Assembly (NCBI GenBank): GCA_033762295.1
Contig: JANRLW010000014.1
Coordinates: forward strand, 1-64,000
Length of the DNA: 64,000 nucleotides
DNA from: Capsulimonadales bacterium
GTDB taxonomy: Bacteria; Armatimonadota; Armatimonadia; Armatimonadales; Armatimonadaceae
Direction of reading: 5' to 3'
The position numbers were made by a program, and so were the translations under genes. The notes under the pieces were generated by a model, which did not search any database, was not told where the DNA came from, and saw nothing but the letters and a program-made list of their open reading frames with translations. Below are positions 41,644 to 50,677 of the stretch, piece by piece (positions within the stretch are counted from its first letter, which is position 1; each line of letters begins with the position of its first letter).

Positions 41644-42351
41644 TCAGGCCGCGCCGTTCGACACGAGCGCCAGCGGCGGTTCGATCGGTACTTTCAGGGT
41701 ATTCCGCAGTTTCCCCGTTTCCATAAAGGCCACCCGCTCGGCGATGTTGCAGCAGTGGTCCGCCATTCGCTCGATGTAGTGTGCGACGAACAGCAGATAG
41801 CTGGCCTGCATCACCGAATTGGGATCGTTCTGCATCGTGTATTGAAGCTCCCGGCGCATTCGCGCGTACAGAGCGTCCACCTCGTCATCCGCCGAGATAA
41901 CGGACTCGACCAGCCGCAAGTCGCGGTGGACGAACGCCTCCAGTGCGTCGTGCAGCATCGCCTGGGCCATATCGCCCATGCGGGGAATATCGACCAGCGG
42001 CTTATAGACCATTTCTCGGGCCATTCGCTGGCCGACCCGGGCAATGTCCACCGCATGATCGCCGATCCGCTCAATATCGGTAATCACTTTCAGAGCGGTT
42101 CCGACCAGACGCAGGTCCTGAACCAGCGGCTGCGGACGGGCCATCAGTTGAAGGCACATCAACTCAATTTCCAGATCCATCCGGTCGATGATGTCGTCGC
42201 GCGGGATGATGGTCGCCGCCAACGCCATATCCTGCGCGGTCAGCGCGATGATGGCATCACGGACGATCTCCTCCGTCGCGGTTCCCATTTCCAGGAGCCG
42301 TCGCCGAAGCAGTTCGAGTTCGTCGTCTTTTCGTTGGCGGTTAGGTGACAT
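41644..42351 (-). CDS. phoU: Phosphate signalling protein PhoU
   Basis: QP...DLR, DIERIGDHA, ERMADH..NIAE. Confidence 0.96.
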   Translation of the reverse strand: MSPNRQRKDDELELLRRRLLEMGTATEEIVRDAIIALTAQDMALAATIIPRDDIIDRMDLEIELMCLQLMARPQPLVQDLRLVGTALKVITDIERIGDHAVDIARVGQRMAREMVYKPLVDIPRMGDMAQAMLHDALEAFVHRDLRLVESVISADDEVDALYARMRRELQYTMQNDPNSVMQASYLLFVAHYIERMADHCCNIAERVAFMETGKLRNTLKVPIEPPLALVSNGAA

Positions 42352-42371
42352 AATCTCTTCCGTAACGGTTC

Positions 42372-43202
42372 TCAGCCGAACCGGCCCCGAATATAATCAT
42401 CGGTTTCTTTCTTCTCCGGTGAAGTGAACAGTCGTTCCGTCGGCCCGAACTCCATAACCACGCCCTTCAGAAAAAACGCGGTGAAATCGGAGACGCGCGC
42501 GGCCTGCTGCATGTTATGCGTCACGATGGCGATCGTGTATTCCTTTTTCAGTTCGAGCATCAGCTCCTCGATCCGGTTGGTGGAGTTCGGATCGAGCGCG
42601 GAGCATGGCTCGTCCATCAAAATCACCTCCGGCCGGGTGGCCAGTGCGCGGGCGATACAGAGCCGCTGCTGCTGGCCTCCCGATAGCGCCAGCGCCGATT
42701 GCTTCAGTTTGTCCTTGACCTCGTCCCAGAGCGCGGCCTGCTGCAAAGACCTTTCGACCAGCTCCTCCAGAGTCCGTCGGTTCGGCCGGGCATCGAGCGT
42801 CGGCCCGTAGGCGACGTTATCGAAAATCGACTTCGGAAACGGGTTCGGACGCTGGAACACCATGCCGATCCGCTTCCGCAGGGTCGACTTATCGACGACC
42901 GGAGCGTAAATATCCTGCCCTTGCAGCAAAACGCGCCCTTCCAGACGGGTGTCGGACGCCATCTCCTCGTTCATCCGGTTCAGAACCCGCAAAAAGGTCG
43001 ATTTCCCGCAACCCGAAGGCCCGATCATCGCGGTGATCCGGTTGGCGTACAGAGGCAGAGAGACGCTTTTCAGTGCGTGAAAGTCGCCGTAGTAAAAGTT
43101 GACGTCGGACGTGTCGATCAGCACCGGCGGCAGTTCATCCGCCGACGCTTTCGGTTCAGCGACGGTCGAGTTTTCGTTTACAGTTGTAGACGCAATACTC
43201 AT
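42372..43202 (-). CDS. pstB: Phosphate ABC transporter ATPase
   Basis: [38 protein letters not shown]. Confidence 0.97.
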   Translation of the reverse strand: MSIASTTVNENSTVAEPKASADELPPVLIDTSDVNFYYGDFHALKSVSLPLYANRITAMIGPSGCGKSTFLRVLNRMNEEMASDTRLEGRVLLQGQDIYAPVVDKSTLRKRIGMVFQRPNPFPKSIFDNVAYGPTLDARPNRRTLEELVERSLQQAALWDEVKDKLKQSALALSGGQQQRLCIARALATRPEVILMDEPCSALDPNSTNRIEELMLELKKEYTIAIVTHNMQQAARVSDFTAFFLKGVVMEFGPTERLFTSPEKKETDDYIRGRFG

Positions 43203-43220
43203 AGGCGTATCGTATCATTC

Positions 43221-45305
43221 TCACCAGCGGCGGGCGCGACGCAGTCGCGTTCGCAGCAGAATAGCCGTGATATTCACCGTGAACACCAATCCCAGAAGCA
43301 CCAGCGCAATGCCGTACTTCAGGCCGTCCGACGCCTGGGTCGCCTGGGTCACCACATAGTACAGGTGGTAGGGCAGCGCGAGAACGGGCGCGTCCGGTGA
43401 CGGAAGGCGCACATCGGTGGTAAAAGTCACCGCCGCCGTAAACAGGATCGGCGCGGTCTCTCCGGCCGAACGTCCGATGGCCAGAATCGCGCCGGTCAGG
43501 ATGCCCGGAATGGCGGCGGGAAGGACCACCCGTCGGATGGTCTGCCAGCGGGTCGCCCCGAGCCCGACCGACCCCTCCCGGAACGACGCGGGCACGGAGA
43601 GCAATGCCTCCTCGGTCGTGGTGATGACGATCGGCAGTACCAGGATTGCCAGGGTCGCCGCTCCCCAGAGCAGGGTCCGGTTCTGCCACACCGGGGTCGA
43701 GTTTCGGGCGAAGTAGTCCAGCCACCCCCCAAGAAAGGTCTTGAAAACGATCAGGCCGAACAGTCCGTGCACGATCGAAGGGACCCCGGCCAGATTGACG
43801 ATCGCCATCCGGATGGCCCCGACCAGCGGCCCTTTCTTCGCGAATTCGCTCAGGTAGATCGCGGCGCAGATTCCGAGCGGAAGGGCCAGAAGAATCGTCC
43901 CGAACATCAGCCCGAGGGTTCCCAGAATGGCCGGGCCGATCCCGCCCGCAGTCCCGCCGTCGCTCGGCGCCTGCGTCAGGAACCCCGGGGTCAATTGGCG
44001 GAAACCGCCGATCAGGATGTTGCCGAAGAGGAACAGCGTGGGCAGAAGGGCCGCCAGCAGTCCCAGGCCCAGGCAGGCGTACATTGCGTAGTCGATCGGT
44101 CGGCGGTACGTAATGGTCGGTCGAATCAGGAACACCAGCAGAGCCAGCGTTGCGACGAGTAACCCGATCCCGAGGCCGCCCGCCGCGTCGCCCGCCATTC
44201 CGACCAGAGCGATCGTGACGCCGATCCCCAGAACACCGCCGAGCACCGCCAGAAAGCTGAGAAAAGCGGAGGCCCCGCCGCTGCCGGATCGGACGTCGCG
44301 TGTCCGCTTCAACGCGAAATCGGCGGTGAAGTTGATCAGAAAGGTGATGACGAACAGCACCACACCGAGCATGAAGAGGGCATGGTAATGCGACTGTCCG
44401 GGCACCACCTCGCCCATCTCCGACGCGACCGTCGCCGTCAGGGTCCGGCAGACCTCGGCATAGGCACCGAAGACGTTTTGAAAAGCGGTCAGCGGGTTGT
44501 TCGTTCCCGGCATCACGCCCATCAGTTGCAGGAGGTTGATTCCGACGCCGTTCCCGGTGACCATCAGCACGACCATCGTCTCACCGATGGCTCGTCCGAC
44601 CCCGAGCATGACCGCGGCGACCACTCCCGACGCGGCGGCAGGGAATATGACGTTGCGGACCGTCTGCCAGTGGGTCGCGCCCAGTCCGAGGCTCGCTTCC
44701 CGGATATCGCGCGGTACGGCGGCCAGAGCATCCTCGCTGATGGTGGCAATCGTCGGCACCGCCATCAGGGCCAGCGTGATCGAACCTGTCAGCAGGGTAT
44801 CCCCGGTCGCGAAACCGAATCGCGCCTGAAGATAGGGTCCGAGGACCATCATTCCGAAGAACCCGAGGACGACGGAAGGGACGGCCGCCAGAAGTTCGAT
44901 CAGCGCTTTGAGCGTCGGTCGGAAGCGCGGCGGCGCGACTTCGGCAATATAGACGGCGGTAGCCACGCCCAGCGGCACCGCCAGAGCGACGGCCCCGAGC
45001 GTCACCAGCACGGAGGACAGCAACAGCGGGACGAGTCCGTAATCCGGAAGGCCGCCCACACCTTCCGTGGTCGGGGCCCATTCCCGCCCGAAAAAGAAGC
45101 GCGCCGCCGGATACGTCGACAGCAGCGGGAAGGCTTCCTTGAAAATGAAGAGGAAGATCAGTGCGACGAAAACGATCGAGGTCATTCCGGAAGCGGTAAT
45201 GACCCCGTTGATAATCTTCTCACGGAAGCGGGAGAGCCGGGTGCGACTGTCCGTCAGGGAGAGGGACGCGTTCGAACGATCGGCATTGGAAACTGCGGTG
45301 GACAT
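43221..45305 (-). CDS. pstC-pstA: Fused phosphate ABC permease PstC-PstA
   Basis: N-half ELLAAVPSVV..GRAIGETM (PstC); C-half LAGVPSIVHGLFG..RSAGETAP (PstA); one continuous ORF. Confidence 0.92.
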   Translation of the reverse strand: MSTAVSNADRSNASLSLTDSRTRLSRFREKIINGVITASGMTSIVFVALIFLFIFKEAFPLLSTYPAARFFFGREWAPTTEGVGGLPDYGLVPLLLSSVLVTLGAVALAVPLGVATAVYIAEVAPPRFRPTLKALIELLAAVPSVVLGFFGMMVLGPYLQARFGFATGDTLLTGSITLALMAVPTIATISEDALAAVPRDIREASLGLGATHWQTVRNVIFPAAASGVVAAVMLGVGRAIGETMVVLMVTGNGVGINLLQLMGVMPGTNNPLTAFQNVFGAYAEVCRTLTATVASEMGEVVPGQSHYHALFMLGVVLFVITFLINFTADFALKRTRDVRSGSGGASAFLSFLAVLGGVLGIGVTIALVGMAGDAAGGLGIGLLVATLALLVFLIRPTITYRRPIDYAMYACLGLGLLAALLPTLFLFGNILIGGFRQLTPGFLTQAPSDGGTAGGIGPAILGTLGLMFGTILLALPLGICAAIYLSEFAKKGPLVGAIRMAIVNLAGVPSIVHGLFGLIVFKTFLGGWLDYFARNSTPVWQNRTLLWGAATLAILVLPIVITTTEEALLSVPASFREGSVGLGATRWQTIRRVVLPAAIPGILTGAILAIGRSAGETAPILFTAAVTFTTDVRLPSPDAPVLALPYHLYYVVTQATQASDGLKYGIALVLLGLVFTVNITAILLRTRLRRARRW

Positions 45306-45366
45306 GAGAGTGGTTGAACAGCGTCCCTCCTCGATGAGGACCGCCGCACCCGCGGAGCAGGAACCC

Positions 45367-46335
45367 CTACTTCAGCGTGATGTACCCCTCTTTCTTCACG
45401 ATTTCCTGGCCTTCCGGACCGGTCACGAAATCCAGATACTCCTTGACCACCCCCTCGGGCTGTCCTTTGGTGTAGTTGAACAACGCGCGGGAGATGGGAT
45501 ACTTCCCGGAAAGAATGTTTTCGGAGGTGGGCAGCACGGGCGCATCGCCCTGCTTGAAGGCAACCGGCACCTCCTTGACCTTCCCGGCCTGAACGAATTC
45601 GGTGGCATAGGCGACGCCGATGTAACCGATGCCGCCTTTCTGTTTGGAGACGTTGTCGGCGATCTTGTTGTTGGACGGAGTCGTCAGCATATCCGGGCGG
45701 TACTTTTCCTTCTTCAGGACGTCCTCCTGGAAATACTTGTAGGTGCCGGAGGCGGTGTCTCGTCCGGAGGCGATGATCTTGGTGTCCGGGCCCCCGATCT
45801 CCTTCCAGTTGTTGATCTTGCCGGTGTAGATGCCCTTGAGCTGTTCCAGCGTCAGCGACTGGACGGTGTTGGACGGATGAACGACGATCGTGATGCCGTC
45901 ACGCGCGACCGCCGTCTCGACCATTTCGAATCCCTTGGCCTTCGCGGCGTCCTTTTCCTTGTCTTCCGCCGCACGGGACGCATTGGCGATGGCAGCGGTG
46001 CCATTGATCAATGCGGTAATCCCCTGTCCGGACCCGCCGCCGGTGACCGTCATCTTCGCGTTCGGATTCTTCTTGCCGAACGCTTCCACCCACTTCTGCG
46101 AGAGCGGCAGCAACGTATCCGACCCCTCGATCGAGACGTTCCCACCTGCGGTCATCGGGGCCGATCCGCCGGCGGCAGGAGACGCTCCGGTTCCGCCGGC
46201 GGCGGCGGGTGAGGAAGCCGATTCCGGCGCGGGGGCGTCACAACCGGTCAGCAACGGAAGAGAAACCGTCGCAACAAAAGCGGAAACGGTGGCATGTAAC
46301 GCAGTTCGGATGAAGGCGGACCGGGAGGTAATCAA
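45367..46335 (-). CDS. pstS: Phosphate-binding lipoprotein PstS
   Basis: GSDT, GGGSG.G, ANASR, SGT..YF, YPISR.L; lipobox LTGC; TTG start after AAGGAG. Confidence 0.93.
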   Translation of the reverse strand: MITSRSAFIRTALHATVSAFVATVSLPLLTGCDAPAPESASSPAAAGGTGASPAAGGSAPMTAGGNVSIEGSDTLLPLSQKWVEAFGKKNPNAKMTVTGGGSGQGITALINGTAAIANASRAAEDKEKDAAKAKGFEMVETAVARDGITIVVHPSNTVQSLTLEQLKGIYTGKINNWKEIGGPDTKIIASGRDTASGTYKYFQEDVLKKEKYRPDMLTTPSNNKIADNVSKQKGGIGYIGVAYATEFVQAGKVKEVPVAFKQGDAPVLPTSENILSGKYPISRALFNYTKGQPEGVVKEYLDFVTGPEGQEIVKKEGYITLK

Positions 46336-46409
46336 AGCAACTCCTTTTTCGATTGACGTCGCCCGACACGAAAAACCGGAGGCAACATTGGGAAAGGGAT
46401 ATTTGTAGT

Positions 46410-46453
46410 AGTTTAGCACGGTTTTTACAGGCGTAGGTTAAGAAGATATTAAA
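46410..46453 (-). promoter_or_regulatory. PHO box plus -10 element of the pst operon
   Basis: TTTAATAT-ctt-CTTAACCT (11-bp period; cyanobacterial/Firmicute-type YTTAAYY), 19 bp, TAAACT. Confidence 0.7.
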
Positions 46454-46471
46454 TTTACTGTTGATTGTGAT

Positions 46472-47263
46472 TTACTGCGAGAGAAGTATAACAGGTTCGC
46501 CCGTCGGACCGACGAACCGTCGGACCGCCGTTCGGTACGCCGTACCGATATGTTCGACCGTCAATACCGCCTCCGGGGGACCGGAAGCCAGGAATCGTCC
46601 GTCGTGCAGTAAGTGAAGGCGATCCGCCAGAGCGGCGGCGAGGTTGAGATCGTGCAGCACCAGCAGCACTCCCCGGTTTCGGACCTTCGCTTCCTCGCGC
46701 AGCAGAACCAGCAACTGCCGCTGATGCCGGAGGTCCAGGTGGGCCGTCGGCTCATCGAGCAACAGAAACGGAGTTCGCCGTATCAGGGCGCGAGTGATGG
46801 CCGCCCGCTGCCGCTCCCCGCCCGAGAGGGTCAGGAGACTGCGGGACAGCAGTTCGGTAAGGTCGAAGGCGTCCAGCAGTTCCGGCGCGGCGTGATCCGG
46901 AGCGGACAAACCGAGGAACTCGCTCACGGTGTAGGCGAACGCATAGCCGACCTCCTGCGGGGCGTAGGAAAGGATTCGGGCCCGGGCCTCCGCGCCGAGA
47001 CGGGTAAGTTCCTCGCCGCCAAACCGAAGGTTTCCTTCGGCGGGGGTCAGCGCTCCGGCCAGGCAGCGGAGCAGGGTCGATTTTCCCGAACCGTTGGGTC
47101 CGATCACGCAGGCGATCTCGCCGGGTCGCAGGTCGAACGTTACGTCGGCAAGAACCGTGCGCCGGCGTCGGCCAAACCGCAGGCCGACGATCTCCAGCGG
47201 AATCGGCCGCTCCGATCCCGGCGATCCCTCCGATCCTGCCGATTTGGGGACGGGGGCGGTCAA
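46472..47263 (-). CDS. ABC ATPase of the Fe-siderophore/cobalamin/heme (FecE/BtuD/HmuV) type
   Basis: GPNGSGKS, LSGGERQR, LLDEPTAHLD, LHDLNLA. Confidence 0.88.
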   Translation of the reverse strand: MTAPVPKSAGSEGSPGSERPIPLEIVGLRFGRRRRTVLADVTFDLRPGEIACVIGPNGSGKSTLLRCLAGALTPAEGNLRFGGEELTRLGAEARARILSYAPQEVGYAFAYTVSEFLGLSAPDHAAPELLDAFDLTELLSRSLLTLSGGERQRAAITRALIRRTPFLLLDEPTAHLDLRHQRQLLVLLREEAKVRNRGVLLVLHDLNLAAALADRLHLLHDGRFLASGPPEAVLTVEHIGTAYRTAVRRFVGPTGEPVILLSQ

Positions 47264-48258
47264 CGGCGTCCGAGCAACCCTTTGATCGGGCTTCCTTCCG
47301 ACCCTTTGGCATTACGGAACGGCGAAACCGGTCCGGGCGTGGTCGGGCGCGGGTCGGGTCGCGGTTCCAGCCGCATCAGCAGACCGTCCAGTTCCTCGGC
47401 GGAGAAATATTCGATCTCGATCTTTCCCTTGTCCTCCGTGCCGCTGAGCCGTACCCGGGTCCCCAGGAGCGTACGGAGCCGGTCCTCCAGGGCGGCCATA
47501 TTCGGTTCGAGGCGTTCGGCATTGCGGCGGGCGGTCGCTCCGTCCGGGTTCAGCGTCGCCTTCTCCTCGCGCATCAGCCGCTCGACATCGCGCACGGTGA
47601 GGTTTTTGTCCCGGATCTGACGGAAGATGGAAAGCTGGCGTTCGCGGAAGGCCGGGTCGCTCGCCTGACGTTCCTCGCCGAGGAGAGTGCGGGCGTGCCC
47701 CTCGGTGATCTCGCCCTGCTCCAATCCCCGTTGGATCGGGTCGGGCAGTTTCAGCAGGCGGAGGGAGTTGGCGACGGCGGATCGGCTCTTTCCCACGCGA
47801 CGTCCCATCTCCTCCTGAGTCCAGCCGAAGTCCTCCATCAGTCGCTGGAAGGCGCGCGCGGTTTCCAGCGGGCCGATGTCGGCGCGGATCAGATTTTCGA
47901 TCAGGGCGAGCGCCAGGGTCTCCTCGTCGGTGAGTTGCCGGACGACGACCGGCACCTGTTTGAGTCCGACCCGCAGTGCCGCGCGGTAACGACGTTCCCC
48001 GGCGACGATCTCATACCCGCCGGCGGGGCGGGGCCGCACCAGCAGCGGTTGCAGTATGCCGTTCTGACGGACCGATTCGGCCAGTTCGTTTAGCGGTCCC
48101 TCGTCGAACCGGGTCCGTGGCTGGCGCGGGTTGGGATGCAGCGCGGCAATCGGAACCTCCTGCCCCGGTCCCAGGGTGGCGAGCGGATCAGCCGCGTCGC
48201 CACCAGCGGGCAATAGATCGGCCAGTCCCCTTCCCAACACTCGTTTTACGCTCGGCAT
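47260..48258 (-). CDS. parB: Chromosome partitioning protein ParB/Spo0J
   Basis: LGRGL N-terminal peptide, [34 protein letters not shown]. Confidence 0.96.
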   Translation of the reverse strand: MPSVKRVLGRGLADLLPAGGDAADPLATLGPGQEVPIAALHPNPRQPRTRFDEGPLNELAESVRQNGILQPLLVRPRPAGGYEIVAGERRYRAALRVGLKQVPVVVRQLTDEETLALALIENLIRADIGPLETARAFQRLMEDFGWTQEEMGRRVGKSRSAVANSLRLLKLPDPIQRGLEQGEITEGHARTLLGEERQASDPAFRERQLSIFRQIRDKNLTVRDVERLMREEKATLNPDGATARRNAERLEPNMAALEDRLRTLLGTRVRLSGTEDKGKIEIEYFSAEELDGLLMRLEPRPDPRPTTPGPVSPFRNAKGSEGSPIKGLLGRR

Positions 48259-49012
48259 CGCCAATCAATTCCTTTGCTATCTGTTCGTACGCCTGCGCGC
48301 CTTTGGATCGCGGGTCGTAGATGGAGATCGGCTGCCCGAAACTCGGCGCTTCGGACAGCCGGATGTTTCGTGGCACGACGGTCGGCGACACGGCGTCGCC
48401 GAAGTACGATTTCACCTCGTTCATGACCTGGTTCGCCAGGTTGGTCCGCCCGTCGAAGAGGGTGAGGATGACGCGTCCGACCTCCAGATCCGGGTTCAGC
48501 CCCTGCCGAACGCGATCGATGATCGCGAGCAGCTGCGTGACGCCCTCAAGCGCATAATACTCGCATTGCAGCGGAATCAGCACCTGATGGGCGGCGGTCA
48601 GGGTATTGACGGTGATCAATCCCAGCGACGGCGGCGAGTCGATCAGCACGTAATCGTAGTGGTTTTCCACCTCGGCAATCGCTTTTTTTAATCGATATTC
48701 ACGCTCGTTGGCAGAAAACAACTCCATTTCCGCGCCCGCCAGGTTGATGGTCGCCGGAACCAGATCCAGATTCGGGACTTCGGTGGCGATGGCGGCTTCC
48801 GGGATCGGCTGTCCGTGCGCGAGGACGGTGTAGACGTCGTCGGTCAGGTTGCGTCGGTCGATTCCCAGACCGCTGGTGGCGTTTCCCTGGGGATCGGCAT
48901 CCACGAGCAGCACGCGTCTGCCCTCCTGCGCGATATACGCCGCCAGGTTGACCGCCGTCGTCGTTTTGCCGACGCCGCCTTTCTGGTTCACGACCGCCCA
49001 GACCAGTGCCAT
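48188..49012 (-). CDS. parA: Chromosome partitioning ATPase ParA/Soj
   Basis: [44 protein letters not shown]. Confidence 0.96.
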   Translation of the reverse strand: MALVWAVVNQKGGVGKTTTAVNLAAYIAQEGRRVLLVDADPQGNATSGLGIDRRNLTDDVYTVLAHGQPIPEAAIATEVPNLDLVPATINLAGAEMELFSANEREYRLKKAIAEVENHYDYVLIDSPPSLGLITVNTLTAAHQVLIPLQCEYYALEGVTQLLAIIDRVRQGLNPDLEVGRVILTLFDGRTNLANQVMNEVKSYFGDAVSPTVVPRNIRLSEAPSFGQPISIYDPRSKGAQAYEQIAKELIGDAERKTSVGKGTGRSIARWWRRG

Positions 49013-49148
49013 GATCCATCGTCCTTCGGGTGGGAATGAGTGAGAGGGGCTGTCCGATCGCGTTCCGCGCGGGAATACAGGGAATATTCGTTCCTCCGGG
49101 GTTCGTCGCCAGCCACGACCCATTCTACCCGCAAATCGGGCGCGATGG

Positions 49149-49164
49149 TGTTTCACGTGGAACG
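49149..49164. promoter_or_regulatory. parS site upstream of parA
   Basis: TGTTTCACGTGGAACG. Confidence 0.8.
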
Positions 49165-49304
49165 GAGGCCGTTTTTTTATCGGCGTCGGAGCGAGCGGGC
49201 ATCGTGCGAGGGTTTCGGCAGAAACGACGGGGCCCCGGCGCGCTGTAAGGAAGCGCCGGGGCCAGCTCTTTATTACGACCTGCGCGGTCCCAGACCGCGG
49301 GGCA

Positions 49305-49610
49305 TCAGCGAACCCGGTCGGCCATCAGGCGGCGGACGAGCATCTCGGCAATCTGCTCCCCGCTGACCAGGTACGTGCCCGCTTCGATCCGATTTCGCAG
49401 GCTGGCGACAATATCCTCACGTTGATCCGGTTGCATTTCCACTCTTTCGGCAATCTCCCGCGCCTCTTCCCCGACGGAGGAGATCGATTCCGCCACCCCG
49501 GTTCGACGAACGGGCGCGGTCGCGATGTTTCCGATGGCGATGCCGGTGAGGACGGAGCGCGTCGGCTCCAGCTGCGATATTCGCAGGAATTCGTCTCGTG
49601 ACAATTGCAC
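49305..49610 (-). CDS. flgM: Anti-sigma28 factor FlgM
   Basis: C-terminal R..IVASL..RIEAGTY.V..EQIAEML; GTG start after AAGGA. Confidence 0.8.
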   Translation of the reverse strand: MQLSRDEFLRISQLEPTRSVLTGIAIGNIATAPVRRTGVAESISSVGEEAREIAERVEMQPDQREDIVASLRNRIEAGTYLVSGEQIAEMLVRRLMADRVR

Positions 49611-49872
49611 TTTTTCTTCCCTTTCCTTAAAATCCCAATCGACCCGTATTGAACGATCCGACCTGCCGAGGTTCGCAGCCCGGCCGGAGATCGATCCGGC
49701 GATCCGGGACTCTCCGCTCGTCTGCGGCAATGAAGCGAACGTCCGTCCTGCGGAACCCGACGACTCCGCCTCTTCGCTTCCGTTACCGGCACCATCCGTC
49801 CGTCTTCGGGCATTTCGAAGCCGTTACCGGCTTGAAAGACCCCGCTTTTCCATGAAAGGAACCGTCAGTTTT

Positions 49873-49900
49873 TTATCGGAAGCAGACCGTTGTCAAATGA
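49873..49900 (-). promoter_or_regulatory. Putative sigma28 promoter for flgM
   Basis: TCAT-16 bp-TCCGATAA vs consensus TAAA-N15-GCCGATAA. Confidence 0.45.
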
Positions 49901-49933
49901 AGGGGAATATATTCAACTTATCAGAAAACACGT

Positions 49934-49959
49934 ATTAATGTCAAGATATAGACATTAAT
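49934..49959. promoter_or_regulatory. Palindromic operator-like site
   Basis: ATTAATGTC-N8-GACATTAAT in the AT-rich divergent region. Confidence 0.55.
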
Positions 49960-50010
49960 TAACATAAAACAGTTCCCGAACCCAGCATTTTCGACCCGGA
50001 AACTATTTGG

Positions 50011-50040
50011 TTGACGGCAACCCCTGCGGTATGTTATACT
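50011..50040 (+). promoter_or_regulatory. sigma70 promoter of the ACT-lysC operon
   Basis: TTGACG-18 bp-TATACT with extended TG. Confidence 0.65.
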
Positions 50041-50143
50041 TCCCGTAAGAGCGAATTCGTGAAATTTAGTACAAAGTCGGTCGCCCTTGCGGCCCTGGTT
50101 CGCTCGACGACTTCTTCGCCAACCGGCGGGATTGCGGACGGTA

Positions 50144-50677
50144 ATGCGCGCAGACGCGGTCCATTTTGAGAAAGAGCGGGGCGTGACCGAGGTTTCGGTC
50201 CGCCGGGGCATCGCCCATGTGACGGTTTCCCTTCCGCCGGAAAATGTCGGGGCGGGCCGACTGGAACTGCTTCAGCGGCTGGCCGCCGCCAATATTCCCG
50301 TTTTTCTGATCAAACTCCTGCCGAAGGGCCTTTCCTTCGCGCTGCGAGAAAGTGTCGTCGAGGCCGGAGCCGTTCTGCTCGCCGAAAGCGGACATCCGCA
50401 TCAACTCCGCCCCGACCTGGCGTTGATCACGATCTATGCCGGCGCGATGCGCGACCTGTCCGGCGTTATGGCCTCGATTTACGAAGCGTTGATTTCCGAA
50501 AACATTCGCGTCTGGCAGACCGGGGACGCCCACAACGCGGTTCACTGTCTGGTGCCCGGACCCGCAGCGGACACGGCGATCATCGCCCTGCGCGAGACGT
50601 TCGCTCTGCACCATCTGCTCGACGCCGATGACGGAGAGGCGGAATCGCCCGAGGGGCTCGGTTCCGGAGTGTTATGA
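50144..50677 (+). CDS. Stand-alone double-ACT protein resembling an aspartate kinase beta subunit
   Basis: GVTEV, ALITIYAGAMRDLSGVMA..YEAL....I...QTGD parallels the kinase C-terminus; ATGA overlap with the kinase. Confidence 0.75.
   Translation: MRADAVHFEKERGVTEVSVRRGIAHVTVSLPPENVGAGRLELLQRLAAANIPVFLIKLLPKGLSFALRESVVEAGAVLLAESGHPHQLRPDLALITIYAGAMRDLSGVMASIYEALISENIRVWQTGDAHNAVHCLVPGPAADTAIIALRETFALHHLLDADDGEAESPEGLGSGVL

Noticed and set aside
46336..46419. Extended N-terminus of PstS in the ORF track (likewise for adh, mntR, parA, flgM, atpB)
   Set aside because: Upstream starts overlap promoter elements or lack an RBS; downstream starts fit RBS and family N-termini
50041..50143. Lysine riboswitch upstream of the aspartate kinase operon
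   Set aside because: Leader is about 100 nt, too short, and lacks L-box features
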